64,000 bases of DNA from Takakia lepidozioides (Eukaryota; Plantae; Bryophyta): NCBI GenBank assembly GCA_030704615.1, contig CM060732.1:70990001-71054000 (forward strand), in the 5' to 3' direction. Made by a program: the position numbers and the translations under genes. A model generated the notes under the pieces. That model worked only from the letters and a program-made list of their open reading frames with translations. It was not told where the DNA came from and made no database searches. Positions 37,260-47,899 of the stretch are shown piece by piece (within the stretch, counting starts at the first letter, position 1; each line of letters begins with the position of its first letter).

Positions 37260-38190
37260 CTGATAATCCAGGTCAAGCAATTGAGATCCATTACTTGCCC
37301 CAACACCTGACGACGTGATGCCTCAGAAAGAGAGGGCACCACCATGGTACCAGTGGTAAAACCCATCGCCCGCTCGCGCTCGTTAGCATTGGGCTCCACT
37401 AATTGTTGCAACTGGCTATCCCACAAGAGGCCAGGTCCACCATCCCGGAAAGCATGAGATCCTGGGAAGCTGAGCAGTGTAGGTAATGTTGCTCGTGGTT
37501 GACCCACCCTGTTGACCACTGCCAAAGGCGAACGGTCATCGTGTCTCACAAGTTGAGACTGCCTCCCTGTGTCCAAAATGCTGTCCACTATGAGGTGTGT
37601 TGGCCGCTGCACCCCATCAAATGCACGCTTGAGCAGTGCGGGTGGCATCAAGTTAGTCCACCATAGCCGTGGACGATGAGCCCGTGACCCCACTGCAGCT
37701 GCATCCAAGCCACGACCGGACTTGATGCACACTGGCCATCACCCTGGCCCGAGAATCACCCATCAGTGGCACATTCTCCAAGATGTATGCTGAAGATATA
37801 GCTTGATGAAGCTGCAAGTGGCGCAAAACCCGCACCATCTCCCAAAACAGACCCGTCCTCGAGTCTCGCAATCCATTGCCATGCCCGGCTGATGAATGCC
37901 ATTGGCAGGACCAACCTGCCACCACCAGATCAATGGAGCTAACCTGCTCCAAATCCTGCGCCCCCAGCAACGAAATGTCTGCTGGCAAGGCTTGTTGGTA
38001 TCCACGAACTGCAGACACTGGCAACAAAACATGGTACTGCTGTACCAACTGAGCAACATGGCGCAGTGAGACGCGTCGTGTAGTCTCATCCCTCTCCACA
38101 TACAGGTAACGTCGAACTCGTCCACCTGCCTGCAGCACTGCAGCCAATCCAGTGCTGATCCCGCCAAACAAGTCCAGAAGGCATATGCCT
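37260..38190 (-). pseudogene. C5-cytosine DNA methyltransferase domain (DNMT3-like) embedded in B2 Pol
   Basis: Motif I LLDLFGGISTG, II YVERD, III ADIS, IV DLVVAGWSCQ (catalytic Cys), V GLRDSRTGLF, VI YILENV, VIII AHRPRLWWTNL, IX ERERAMGF, X RRQVLGQVMD. One frameshift near 37705. Confidence 0.92.
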
Positions 38191-38548
38191 TCATCCGGGC
38201 ACTGCCACACGAGAAGTGTGGTGTCCAATGGCGACAACTGAGGTGGTCCTGGTGCAATCACCGCACTCTCCTCTTCTCCTGACGGTACGAAGGCCTCTAC
38301 CCAGGCTTGTTGCACCTGTCCATCAGCAGTCTGCTGCAAATCCTTGCTCGTACCCCACAATGGAGTGTGAGCAACCATGGCAGGCAACTCCGCCGTACCA
38401 TGCATGTCATCCTGCTCTGCTGGAGGTGGCACATCCTCTGCATGGGCATTGCCTTCCAGCAACTCTCCAGGCCAACTAACTGCAGCTGTAAAGGCGGCTA
38501 GTGTTTGCATCTTGCCCCGCTGGGCAGCAGCAATACCCCCAATGAATG

Positions 38549-39649
38549 TCACAGGGAGCTGTGCACGACAACATCCCCTGACTGCCATCCAGGCCTGTAG
38601 GATGCTGACTCCTCCCAAAAGTCCAGGGTGAAGCCCATGGGGTATAACACTGTCCCACCAACCAGGACATCGTAAGAGACCACGTCTGTCACAATAGCCT
38701 TGGCTCGCATCACTGAGCCATCTCTAGGATGATCCGGCTGCAGTCTAATGGCCAACTCATGCAGTGTCATGCCCCGAGCCTGCTCTGATCCTCCCACAAA
38801 TGTCTGTATCTGGAAAGGACAAGGCTCCATATCTGCCTCCATGAGGCCGAAACCTGCAATAGCAGCTCTGCCCAACATCAGTGGCTGAGCTCCCGAGTCC
38901 AATAAGACCCGAAGTGGCCGGTACTTCTTGCCTGCCGGTCCACTCAATGAGAAAATGCCCTCATGGTTGTCTAACAAGACAACTCCAGGTGTCACCATGG
39001 CGCGCTCAAAGGCTGGCCTAGCTGACAGCTCCGTCAACCTGGCAGCTGCAGCTTGCCATGGCGCAACCGTGGCAGTCTTGACCCTCAAATCTGAGGATCC
39101 CTCTGCCACTATACCTTCCACTAACTCCGCAGAAGATGAAGTGACCTCCCCACTCTCACAGAGTGTTGCTGCTAGTCTGAACACTGCAGCTGGTCTTACC
39201 CCCGGCGTCGCAATCATGGTTGCCAAGAACAGTGGGGCTTGACACACAGAGGTGGCTGCCCCCAACAACACACCGGCTGCACTAGCCTTGGCAGCAGGTG
39301 TCAGTGTTGCACGTGTAGCTCTCCCCAATGGCATAGTAACCTCCGCCTCGGTAATAGTCGGGCGAGAACTAGGTGCCATGGATGGCATCGACACAGTCTC
39401 CGCCAATGTGAATGACTGAGGAAGCCTCGCCTGACGGCTTGCCTCCCCACGCTGTGGATCCAATTCCACCTCTGCACCTCGTGGCTCAGGAACTCGTGCT
39501 GCTCCTCGAGTCACGGCTGCAGCAGACTCCACCAGCTCTAGTGGTAGCGCTGCTCCGCACATGAATCCCATGCCTCCCATATCTCCTCCCTCAGGAGCAG
39601 GAGGTGGACCATCCCGCCTGGGAGCCGGTACCGCCTGAGCTGTGGCCAT
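38549..39649 (-). pseudogene. B2 aspartic protease region
   Basis: VLLDSGAQPLMLG ... YDVLVGG. Confidence 0.8.
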
Positions 39650-39778
39650 GGCAGCGAGCCTCTACTCTAGCTACTGAAGCCGGTTGGCCATGCCTTGGTC
39701 AACACCCTGACCTCCGCGTCCTTGGCCATGTTGAGCTTGCCCTTGGCCTGCACCTCGTGCCGGACCACCTCGTCCTCT

Positions 39779-41052
39779 CTAGGCTGGTCCACCTCGCCCC
39801 CGGCCACCATTGTTCCCTTGGAACTGGCCTGGGCGCAACTCAGGATGCAAGTCATAACACTGGGCATCTCCATGCCCATACTTGCCACAATGCTCACACT
39901 GCAACTGTGCAGGCTGTGCTTGTACCGGCCTTCTGCCACTCTCTGGGCAATCTCTCTTGACATGGGGTCCTCCACATGTCCAACATATCACCCCTGGTTG
40001 TTGTTGGCCTGCAAAAGATGCCACAGGCCTCTGCACCTGAGGTCCCCTGTAAGCTCCATGGAACTTGGGTTGGGAAACCTTGCCCCCTGACCACGCTGTT
40101 GGGCAGTCCCTTGTGCCTGTGGGCTGGCAGCTGTGCCTCGTGCAGGCATGTCCTTGCCAAATCCAATGGTAACAACTCGCTCCTCCACTATATTGAGCTC
40201 AATCCGCTCAGCCAGCAGAAACACATCTGCTAATATGGGTTGGGCTGCTTGTAACAGGGTTGCATCTCGCACCCTTCTTCTGAGCTGTTTGTCTAGAATT
40301 CCATACCAAAACTGGATTGCCTGAGCTTCAGTAACCCCTTGGGTCACACTTATCAAGCGCCTCATACGAGTGTACGCCTCTCACAAGCTCTCACTGGGTT
40401 CGCGCTGGAAGTCTTGCAAACTTCGCAGCTTCTCAGTCTGTACACCTTGGTAGTTCCTCCGCAACTCCTGGAAGAACTCCACCACCGGGCTGAATCTAGG
40501 CACATGTGTTGTAGTCGTGGGAGGATGAGTAGTAGCACCTTCTCCAGAAGTACTGGCACTACTAGTGCTAGCTGTGGGAGGTATTGGTGCTGATGCCGCT
40601 ACTGGTCGTGTTGTTCCCCGAGTAATGGAGACGTAGTCAGGTGACCAATACATCCTCCACTCTTCAATTTCTGCTTCATGTCCTCGCCTGAACTCGTGGT
40701 AATCGTCCATAGGCGGGCCTTCCAAATGCTGGAACAATCCCTTCCACGCCATGAATGGGGTGAACAGCTGTGGATTGCGCATCTGCTGCAAATCACACCA
40801 ACTGTCGAACTCCTGGATAAAGTCATCCAGCTCGATTGTGCCCACAGCTCCAGAGTACCTATGAGGTCCCTTGGTAGCTCCATACATCTCCTCCATGTCG
40901 TCCCACAACAATGGCGAAGAAAACTGCACACTTGTTGATGAAACCTCCGGGTCAGTGTCAGATTCTACAGTAGTTGAGGGTGGCGGTGAAGGTGGTCTGA
41001 ACCGAATACCTCGTCTTGTGAACCCACTCTCACTGTTACTGCCTGCAGCCAT
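39779..41052 (-). pseudogene. gag: B2 gag with two CCHC knuckles
   Basis: ORFs 40381-41052, 39988-40365 and 39779-40036; CWTCGGPHVKRDC and CEHCGKYGHGDAQC. Confidence 0.85.
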
Positions 41053-43019
41053 ACTCCCCTCAAAACCCTTGGGTAAATCCGTGATGACACTTCAATGTGC
41101 ACCTCCCCCACGTGACACTATAAGGCTCTAGTACTAATTCTAATAGTGACACGGGTGGGCACCTGTTGCAGTTTAAGGGTCATATCCCAGTGGCTCAGGG
41201 CACCTGCACCTGCATCCACCGCAAGAACTCCTATGGTTGGCTGGTCATCAACCCAGCCTCACCATAGAAGAAACACTGGTGGTCTTGCTGGTCATCACTC
41301 CAGCCTCACCACCGACAGCATACTCTAGGATTGACCGGTGATCAAATCCGGCCTAATCCCTATGAAAGCAAGTGCCCACACAAAACCAACATGGCGCACA
41401 GTCAAGCATGCAGGTGTTGGGGGGGATCCAAACACAAGAAATCAAAACATCAACACCCCCACACCAAAATCCAGCTGCAATGCTGATCGTGCAGAATATC
41501 CCAGCCCAAAACCCCGGACTGACTGGCCTCCACCAAGAAAGGCTTTGGCAACTACAAGTACAAGATAATGAAAATAGTATAGAGATGGAGGAGAAGAATA
41601 GAAGCCCGACCAAGCAAGATCTAATCCTGATCTATGCTATCAACTGCCAGACTTCTCTCAAAGTGCCTCGCTCTGCATGATGGTAAGGTGTAGGAGGTAT
41701 ATCTATGTCCAGAAACCCGTCACTAACCTTGTCCCAAGCTACAGTAGCTCGCTCTAACCAACCCTCCTCCTCTTTCTGCCAAGTAGAAACAAAGCAATAC
41801 TCCCTATCTCCCGCTCACTGAACACTAAAGAAAACAAAGGTAGGGTCTGATAGTCTCTCAACTCGAAAGCTTTGAGACGGTTGCGGGTGTCCTCATTGCG
41901 AATGACTGCATCTCCCTCAAGCAAAACAAACTCGTCATTGCTAATGAGCCCCCGCTCATGGTTGCTTTGTGCAGAGTGTGTCCGGCTGCAACCATGTCTG
42001 ATTGCACAAACTTGTGTAGCTCTTGCTCCTCTGCTCTAGTACACCACAGCCTTGTGGCTGAACACCTTGGTCCCCGGGGCTGTCTTTGGCTGTGTTCCAA
42101 GCCTAGCTTTCACCCACTTTGGTATTTCACTTACAGCTGCAGAACTGCTGGCTCCAACAAAGTTCTGACTGTCCAAAGCAACATTGAGGCCCTCAACACC
42201 AACTACAGCAGTTTGTTGTCTACTGCTAATGCCTGACTCCCAGTATGCAATCAACTCGTCCAACTATTCTCCACTCAAATCAAATCAGTCTGAGTTCCTT
42301 GGGAAACATAAATCTTGTCCCCTTGTGTGCACAGGCTAAGAGACGAGACCTGCCCTTCAATTACGTCCTCATTTCCCCCAGCCATACAAAGAGGACATCC
42401 ACAGATTGGTCTCTCATATAGACCAGAACAGGTTCTAGAAACAGAATTGTGGATCTTTCACGGCACACTCACACTCTAAAAATTCCATAGATTTTTAGCA
42501 GAGTCCCAAAAACTAAATCCAGATCGAGATAGGTAGATTTCCTCTTTCTACAGCTATCCCCTCAAAAACTGAGTCAAACAGAGCCCATTTGACAAAGATT
42601 TGGCTCTAAATCATTTAAATTAGATCAAAGGTTTTTTTTTTTTTTTTTAATTTAATAAGTTTTTCAAAAGTTACACCCAGAATATCTGGTAACTGGTTCC
42701 CGGTTCCCTAAGTTCTATATGGTTTCCTAGGTTCCCTGGCCACGTGCCCTATAATTCCTAGGATTTCAGTTGTGTTTACAAATGCACCCCCCACAGCTCT
42801 TGGTTACCAGTGACCTGCTCTCCTCCAGTCGAGATCCGTAGCTATGCCGAGCCTTAATCCTTTGCACCAATATTCCCAACAAAAGCAGGAGCACTTACAA
42901 TGCAACCCCGGAAATCACTAGAGCTAACTAGCTTTGATCAAGAACGCTTACAGCCTTTCATGCGCGCTGATTTTTCAAGGTGGCAACAACAGATCTGCTA
43001 TCACTGATTGTGTAAGCCT

Positions 43020-44050
43020 TTACATGGAGTTGGCACAGGCTGCCCTCAAGTTCTGGATTGTAAACATAGACCGAGCAGGTCGTGTAGTGAGTTGGGCCCC
43101 TTCTGTCTTCAAGGAACCGGCAGTTTCAGATGACAACCCATTAATGCCTAAATTGTCATCATTCTCTTCAATCTCAGCACGACCACATGAGCAATTCTTG
43201 CACGTTTTTTTTTTTTTTCCAGCCTTGCCTACTTCACAGTCATCTGCAATAGGTAATTTAGGTGGCTTGAGGTCATCTTCAGTAAGCAATGCATCCTCGT
43301 CAACAAGCTCATCCATGTCGTCGTCCACAGGGGCCACCTTCCAGGAGTTGGAAACAGGAAGAACAATGTCTGTAACATCTCGTGATGACAGTCTCACAGT
43401 GGCTCCATTGGTCTGCACAGCAGCCTCTGAAGAAAACGAGCTACCAGTTGCCAGACCTTGCTCAACAGCTGCCTTCTTCTTGATAACGAAAGAAGATCAT
43501 GTTTCCCATGCAGGCTTCTACCCGCTCACCGCAACAGGTTTGAGGAGTGGACCTTGACTGGATCCCACAGAAACAGACGTGATGCCGCTACATGACTCGG
43601 CCAACCCAACACCTTCCACGCACTCAACCACTTTCGAACCAACAAAACCTGCCAGCAAAAGACCATGCTCCAATGCTGCTTGTGTCTGCACAGTAGCAGC
43701 ACCAAGCCTTTGACGCTCATCTGAAGCTACATCTCGACATGTTAGGGGCTCTTGCACCCAGAGCAGGCCGCCTGGTCTAAGGATCCGTGCTGCCTCATGG
43801 AGCCAAGCTGCAGTGTGGTGGCCGGGCGTTTCGACTAGAGAAATTATTACGTCCACAGATGACGCCTCTGCCGCAACCTTGCCACCAAGCTGTGAGACGT
43901 TGGTGATCACTGCCAATCCCTTGCCACTGGCGGATTTCTCTTCAAAGGTCTGCACAGCCCACAAAACAACTGTGGCTGGGAGCGCCGCAGTGTCCGTCAC
44001 CAGAAGCACCGCTGCCTTCCCTGCCTACGGCGGTGCACGGCTCTCATCCA
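43020..44050 (-). pseudogene. DRE2: Intronless anamorsin/DRE2 (CIAPIN1) pseudogene
   Basis: Methyltransferase-like N-domain (SSVDVII..EAARILRPGG), [46 protein letters not shown]. One frame with stops at ~44025, 43518 and ~43497. The second Cys cluster is lost. Confidence 0.88.
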
Positions 44051-44446
44051 GCCAAGCAGTCAGCAGCGCAGCCTTTCTTCGATCCCCCTGTAGTCCGGAC
44101 GGACGACAAAACCGTGGCTTGGAAGAGCGCCCAGCTCCACACCCACTTCACCTCCTCAGCTCCGCATCACTACCTCCAGCTTCACAGCAATGAAAGTGTT
44201 GCGCCTCGGGTATGGCCTCTCCTTGCCTCTAACACACCACGGGGCGATTGGAAGGCGGCCCCCTTATCAGTGTCCCACCATTGCGACTGAGGATGTGAGA
44301 CGAACTCAGGCTAGAGCCATTCTATGCTCATTGCTTGAGCTGTGTACAAGACCATGACCATCTATATTATAATAGTGCTTAAAAACAAAAACATCATATC
44401 TAGCTTAGCACTGGAAAACTAGATAGAGAGCTCATCTCTCTCGAGT

Positions 44447-44798
44447 GATAAGAAAACTAGAAACAAACTCTTAACACAAGAAACATGAAATCCATCTCGT
44501 CATCACTCTTTCAGATAATAGTCGAGCCAGGGGCACCCCAAGCTATGGGGACTCCACCCCACAACAACCTATCCTCCCATCATAAGCACACTCAGTTCTA
44601 AACGATGAAGGAGCTCGGTCGCGTAGGCTCAACTCGAGAGAGATGAGCTGCGTGACTGCCGCTCTCGTGAAGATAAGACGGTTCAGTGTCAAACTAAACT
44701 TGACACCTGATTTAACACTTGACCTAAATCCAAGTGTTAAATACAAATAACTAGCTTTATTCTAGTTGTTTTCACACTGTGCTTATTTAACTTGACAG
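44447..44798. repeat. Repeat B, right copy
   Basis: Direct repeat of 19831-20183. The upstream flank AGCTCATCTCTCTCGAGT (44429-44446) is the inverted complement of an internal 18-mer at 44633-44650. Confidence 0.95.
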
Positions 44799-44959
44799 TT
44801 GTAATTGTCCATAATATCACAATAGTGATTGTACATTGAACGAATATTTAACGATTGAATGATTACATGTGTGCGATATAGTAGTTGTAAATTTGGTGTG
44901 GATAGTTTCCATCTAGCAATTGTTTGAAGTCTCTTTATTTCTTCATGTATCATACCTAG

Positions 44960-45260
44960 AGAGGATGCGAAAGAGCAATAAAGCCGGTCATCAACACACC
45001 CGTCACTGATAAGAATCCACAAGGTACGAAGAAGTGGAAATCGTAAAGGTTCTGGGGGATTTGAACGACACTACCGAAATTACAAAAGAGGATCACAAAC
45101 GACGTTCACAAAATCAAACAACAAAGGGAACAAAAAGTAGCCAAGACACTACTGATACTACTAAACAAAGATGCGAAACTTTACAAGTTCACAAGGTGAA
45201 GAACAAAAACCTTGATTTGCAGGCATGACAATGTTGAGGGTAGCAACGGCGTGAGCAGAA
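44960..45260 (-). repeat. Paralogue of the 19188-19440 intron/exon segment, cut by the CACTA insertion
   Basis: Shared GAGGATG.GAAAGAGCAATAAAGC...GTTCTGGGGGA and CAAAGATGCGAAAC...GGCATGACAATGT. Confidence 0.85.
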
Positions 45261-46559
45261 CCCGCACTACAAGAGATGAGCGTTTTTAGGACTACGGGTT
45301 TGGCGGAGTCATAAAAACTGCACTAGGTACATGACTACAGAGCCTTGAAATGCATTACAGTTTTAGTTTTATGACTTTGTAGTAATGGATATCACTACAT
45401 GACTCCGGAAAGTTAGGGAGCATTGGTCAAACATTGTTGACCATGATGACAGGGATGGTTTATATGACTAGTGTGATATGTTTGACTACACGTGGACGAC
45501 GTTTCATGGAATCTTATGACTCCATGACTGAAGATGGTTTCAGAGCTCTATTTATACGACTACATCACTACACGTGTCATTTTGAAGGCACATATAATGC
45601 AAATAAGGTTGCCCATTAGGTTTAAAAAAGTTAAAAATTTTGCTAATAAGGTTGCCCATTAGTGTAATCGTGAACAGAAAGGAGGGCTGGGACTTGGCGT
45701 CTTTTTGTCTCCTACGCCACACCACATAGCTGAGGGATGGAACGCGATGATAGCAGGATATGCAGGGGCGTGGGATGGAGGCGTTGAACAATGATGCATG
45801 AAGGAGAAGAGGAGGAGGAGACGAGACGAGGACAAGCGAGCTCGCCGTTCTTGGGAGAGTCAGCTTGGTCTTAGCAAGCGTGTTTCAATCTCTGACTACT
45901 CATCTACGCCGTAGTGGTTCGATCTGACAGACCAATCTGACATTACCTGACTACAGACACAAGCAGCACACACAAGAGGTCATCGGTCAAATCCTCCATG
46001 GGTCAGGACAGGTCAAGGACAATGTGGTAGGGCACCTTCTTCTTCGACCTATTTCAGCCTGTGTTGCCCTCTCATCAGACTCGGCCGCAAGATGCATATT
46101 GAATTCTGTAAGTTAGGTCGTTGGGTACATCTGTGGTGGTTTGGAGTGACTTTGGCAAGTTACTGCCAGTGTGGCAGCAGGGAAGTATCCAAAAACATAT
46201 AATAGAGGTGAGGAGAAGCTTTGGGTGAACACTTTCCGACCCCAATGGTGGGACAATGGAGACAAAAAGGCGAATGCCTGTTGGACTACAGAGAGAAGCA
46301 GATGCATTTCAGATTGTGATAAGTAGGGTTGGGGTGTTTTGGGGAAGAACTCCACACCAGTATGGTTGGGGTGTTTGCTGGTAGAATTGTAGGCTGTCAG
46401 AGGCATGGATAGCTGAAGGAGCAGGGATAGAGTGTGGGTCCACATTCATCCAAGAGGGCTGGATTTCAAGCTCCACATTACCTATGATTCCCTGTGGAAG
46501 GATAGGTACAAGAAACCTACATGGGTAGATGGTCAACTGGAAGCGGCATGCTGTACTAT

Positions 46560-47540
46560 ATGTCATTACTGTACTATATGTCATTCCAGAGACTGTCATT
46601 GTTGGTCCATGTGTTTTACAACAATGCTATCAATATAAGACTCCTGGTTCGCATTGGAAGCTCAATCCCTGCAAGTTCATTGTGTGTGAAGCTCAAACTT
46701 GCGATTTGAAGGATCTTGTAGCCAAGTTCATTCAACCAGAAAGGAGAAATTCTGAAAGCTCCCAAATTTGATGTGGGCAAGCTTATGGAGGTAAGACTTA
46801 GCTTCCCTCCTCTAATGTAAGTGTTGGATAAGTTTCATTTAGTGTCGACCTTCACTGCATATATTGGCTCTTTTCTTGGCTGGTTTCATATTTTCTTGGC
46901 TAGTATGCTGTTGGTTGGCTTCTTTCATTTCATGTGTGTAGTGAAAGGGGAGAAGTACTTTCCTAAGTTCTGCTGCAACAATGTCTTTTTCCAGCCTAGA
47001 TGTTTTCGATGGATACAAATTGAAGTGCTTTGAATGTTGCTGCAATACTATAATAAAGTGGAGGGTGCTGAATGCAGTTGGCCTTGCTTCGTGCAGGCAT
47101 AATCCAGGGAAATGTGGACATAGCTGAAACCCCATGATAGCATTTCCAGAGGACGGTGTGGATGGCCTCACAATCCAGCATGCAAAATCCATGACAATGT
47201 GGAGCTGGCTGAATGGGCAAACAGGTTAAGTGGCGAACAAGCCACGTCACTGGTACATAGTTGCATGCTTACATAGTACATGAAAGCGTACTATATGTCA
47301 TTCCCGAAATTGACCATGTTGGTCCATGTATTTTACAACAATGCTATCAATAAAAGACCAATGGTTCGCATTGGAAACTCTATCCCCGTAAGTGGCTTGT
47401 GCGTGATGCTCAAACTTGTGATTTGAAGCATCTTATACCCAAGTTCATTGCAGAGGTCATTGGAAAAGACATTGAGAAGGCAATAGCCGTTATCTATAAT
47501 CTACAGATCCCCTTCAATTTGATGTGGGAAAGCCGGCTGG
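46560..47540. repeat. Diverged direct duplication (~720-bp spacing) inside the CACTA element
   Basis: TACTATATGTCATTCC...TGTTGGTCCATGT.TTTTACAACAATGCTATCAATA...CCAAGTTCATT at ~46572-46731 and ~47289-47449. Confidence 0.8.
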
Positions 47541-47899
47541 CTGGAGGTCTAGTCTCACTTTCACTCATCTAATGTCAGTGTTGTATCCATTGCAATGTGG
47601 AGATGTTTGAAACAACATTGGAGCATTTCCAAGGATGGTCTGGAAGGCCTTTCGTGGCGTGTGCTGAATCCATGGCAAGAAAACATTGCAGGCAGAACCC
47701 ATGGCAATGGTACCAGCACGGGTTGGTCCAAAGCCAATTGCAACAACAAATGAATAAAGGGTGCTGAAAGGAAAGCACTCCATAATTGATCATAAAATCC
47801 AGTGTTCAAGCATGATATCTTAATGGGAATGCGAAGGGAGTGTTACCACCTTAAACTATCATGCATGGTCTATAACTGGAGTGCACAAATCGCACATAT

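Larger units (their letters stand above)
20185..42900 (-). mobile_element. Ty3/Gypsy element B2: gag-PR-DNMT-RT-RH-INT-PHD, decayed and split by element C; 5' LTR not found
   Basis: 85-bp terminal repeat 20185-20269, PPT 20270-20286, and collinear minus-strand ORF fragments from 41052 down to 20530. Right boundary is approximate. Confidence 0.9.

Noticed and set aside
37260-38190. Host DNMT3/DRM gene or bacterial contamination
   Set aside because: Intronless, collinear between PR and RT on the same strand, and lacking host N-terminal domains or operon context.
41858-42263. Extra ORF in the B2 leader
   Set aside because: Short broken frames with no recognisable motif, and not shared with B1.
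42934-43557. 207-aa plus-strand ORF, and other antisense ORFs over gag/pol genes
   Set aside because: These are shadow frames of the real minus- or plus-strand coding regions.
19743-44798. Classification of B2 as a DIRS/Ngaro element
   Set aside because: No tyrosine recombinase; it has an aspartic protease, a DDE integrase and a PPT.
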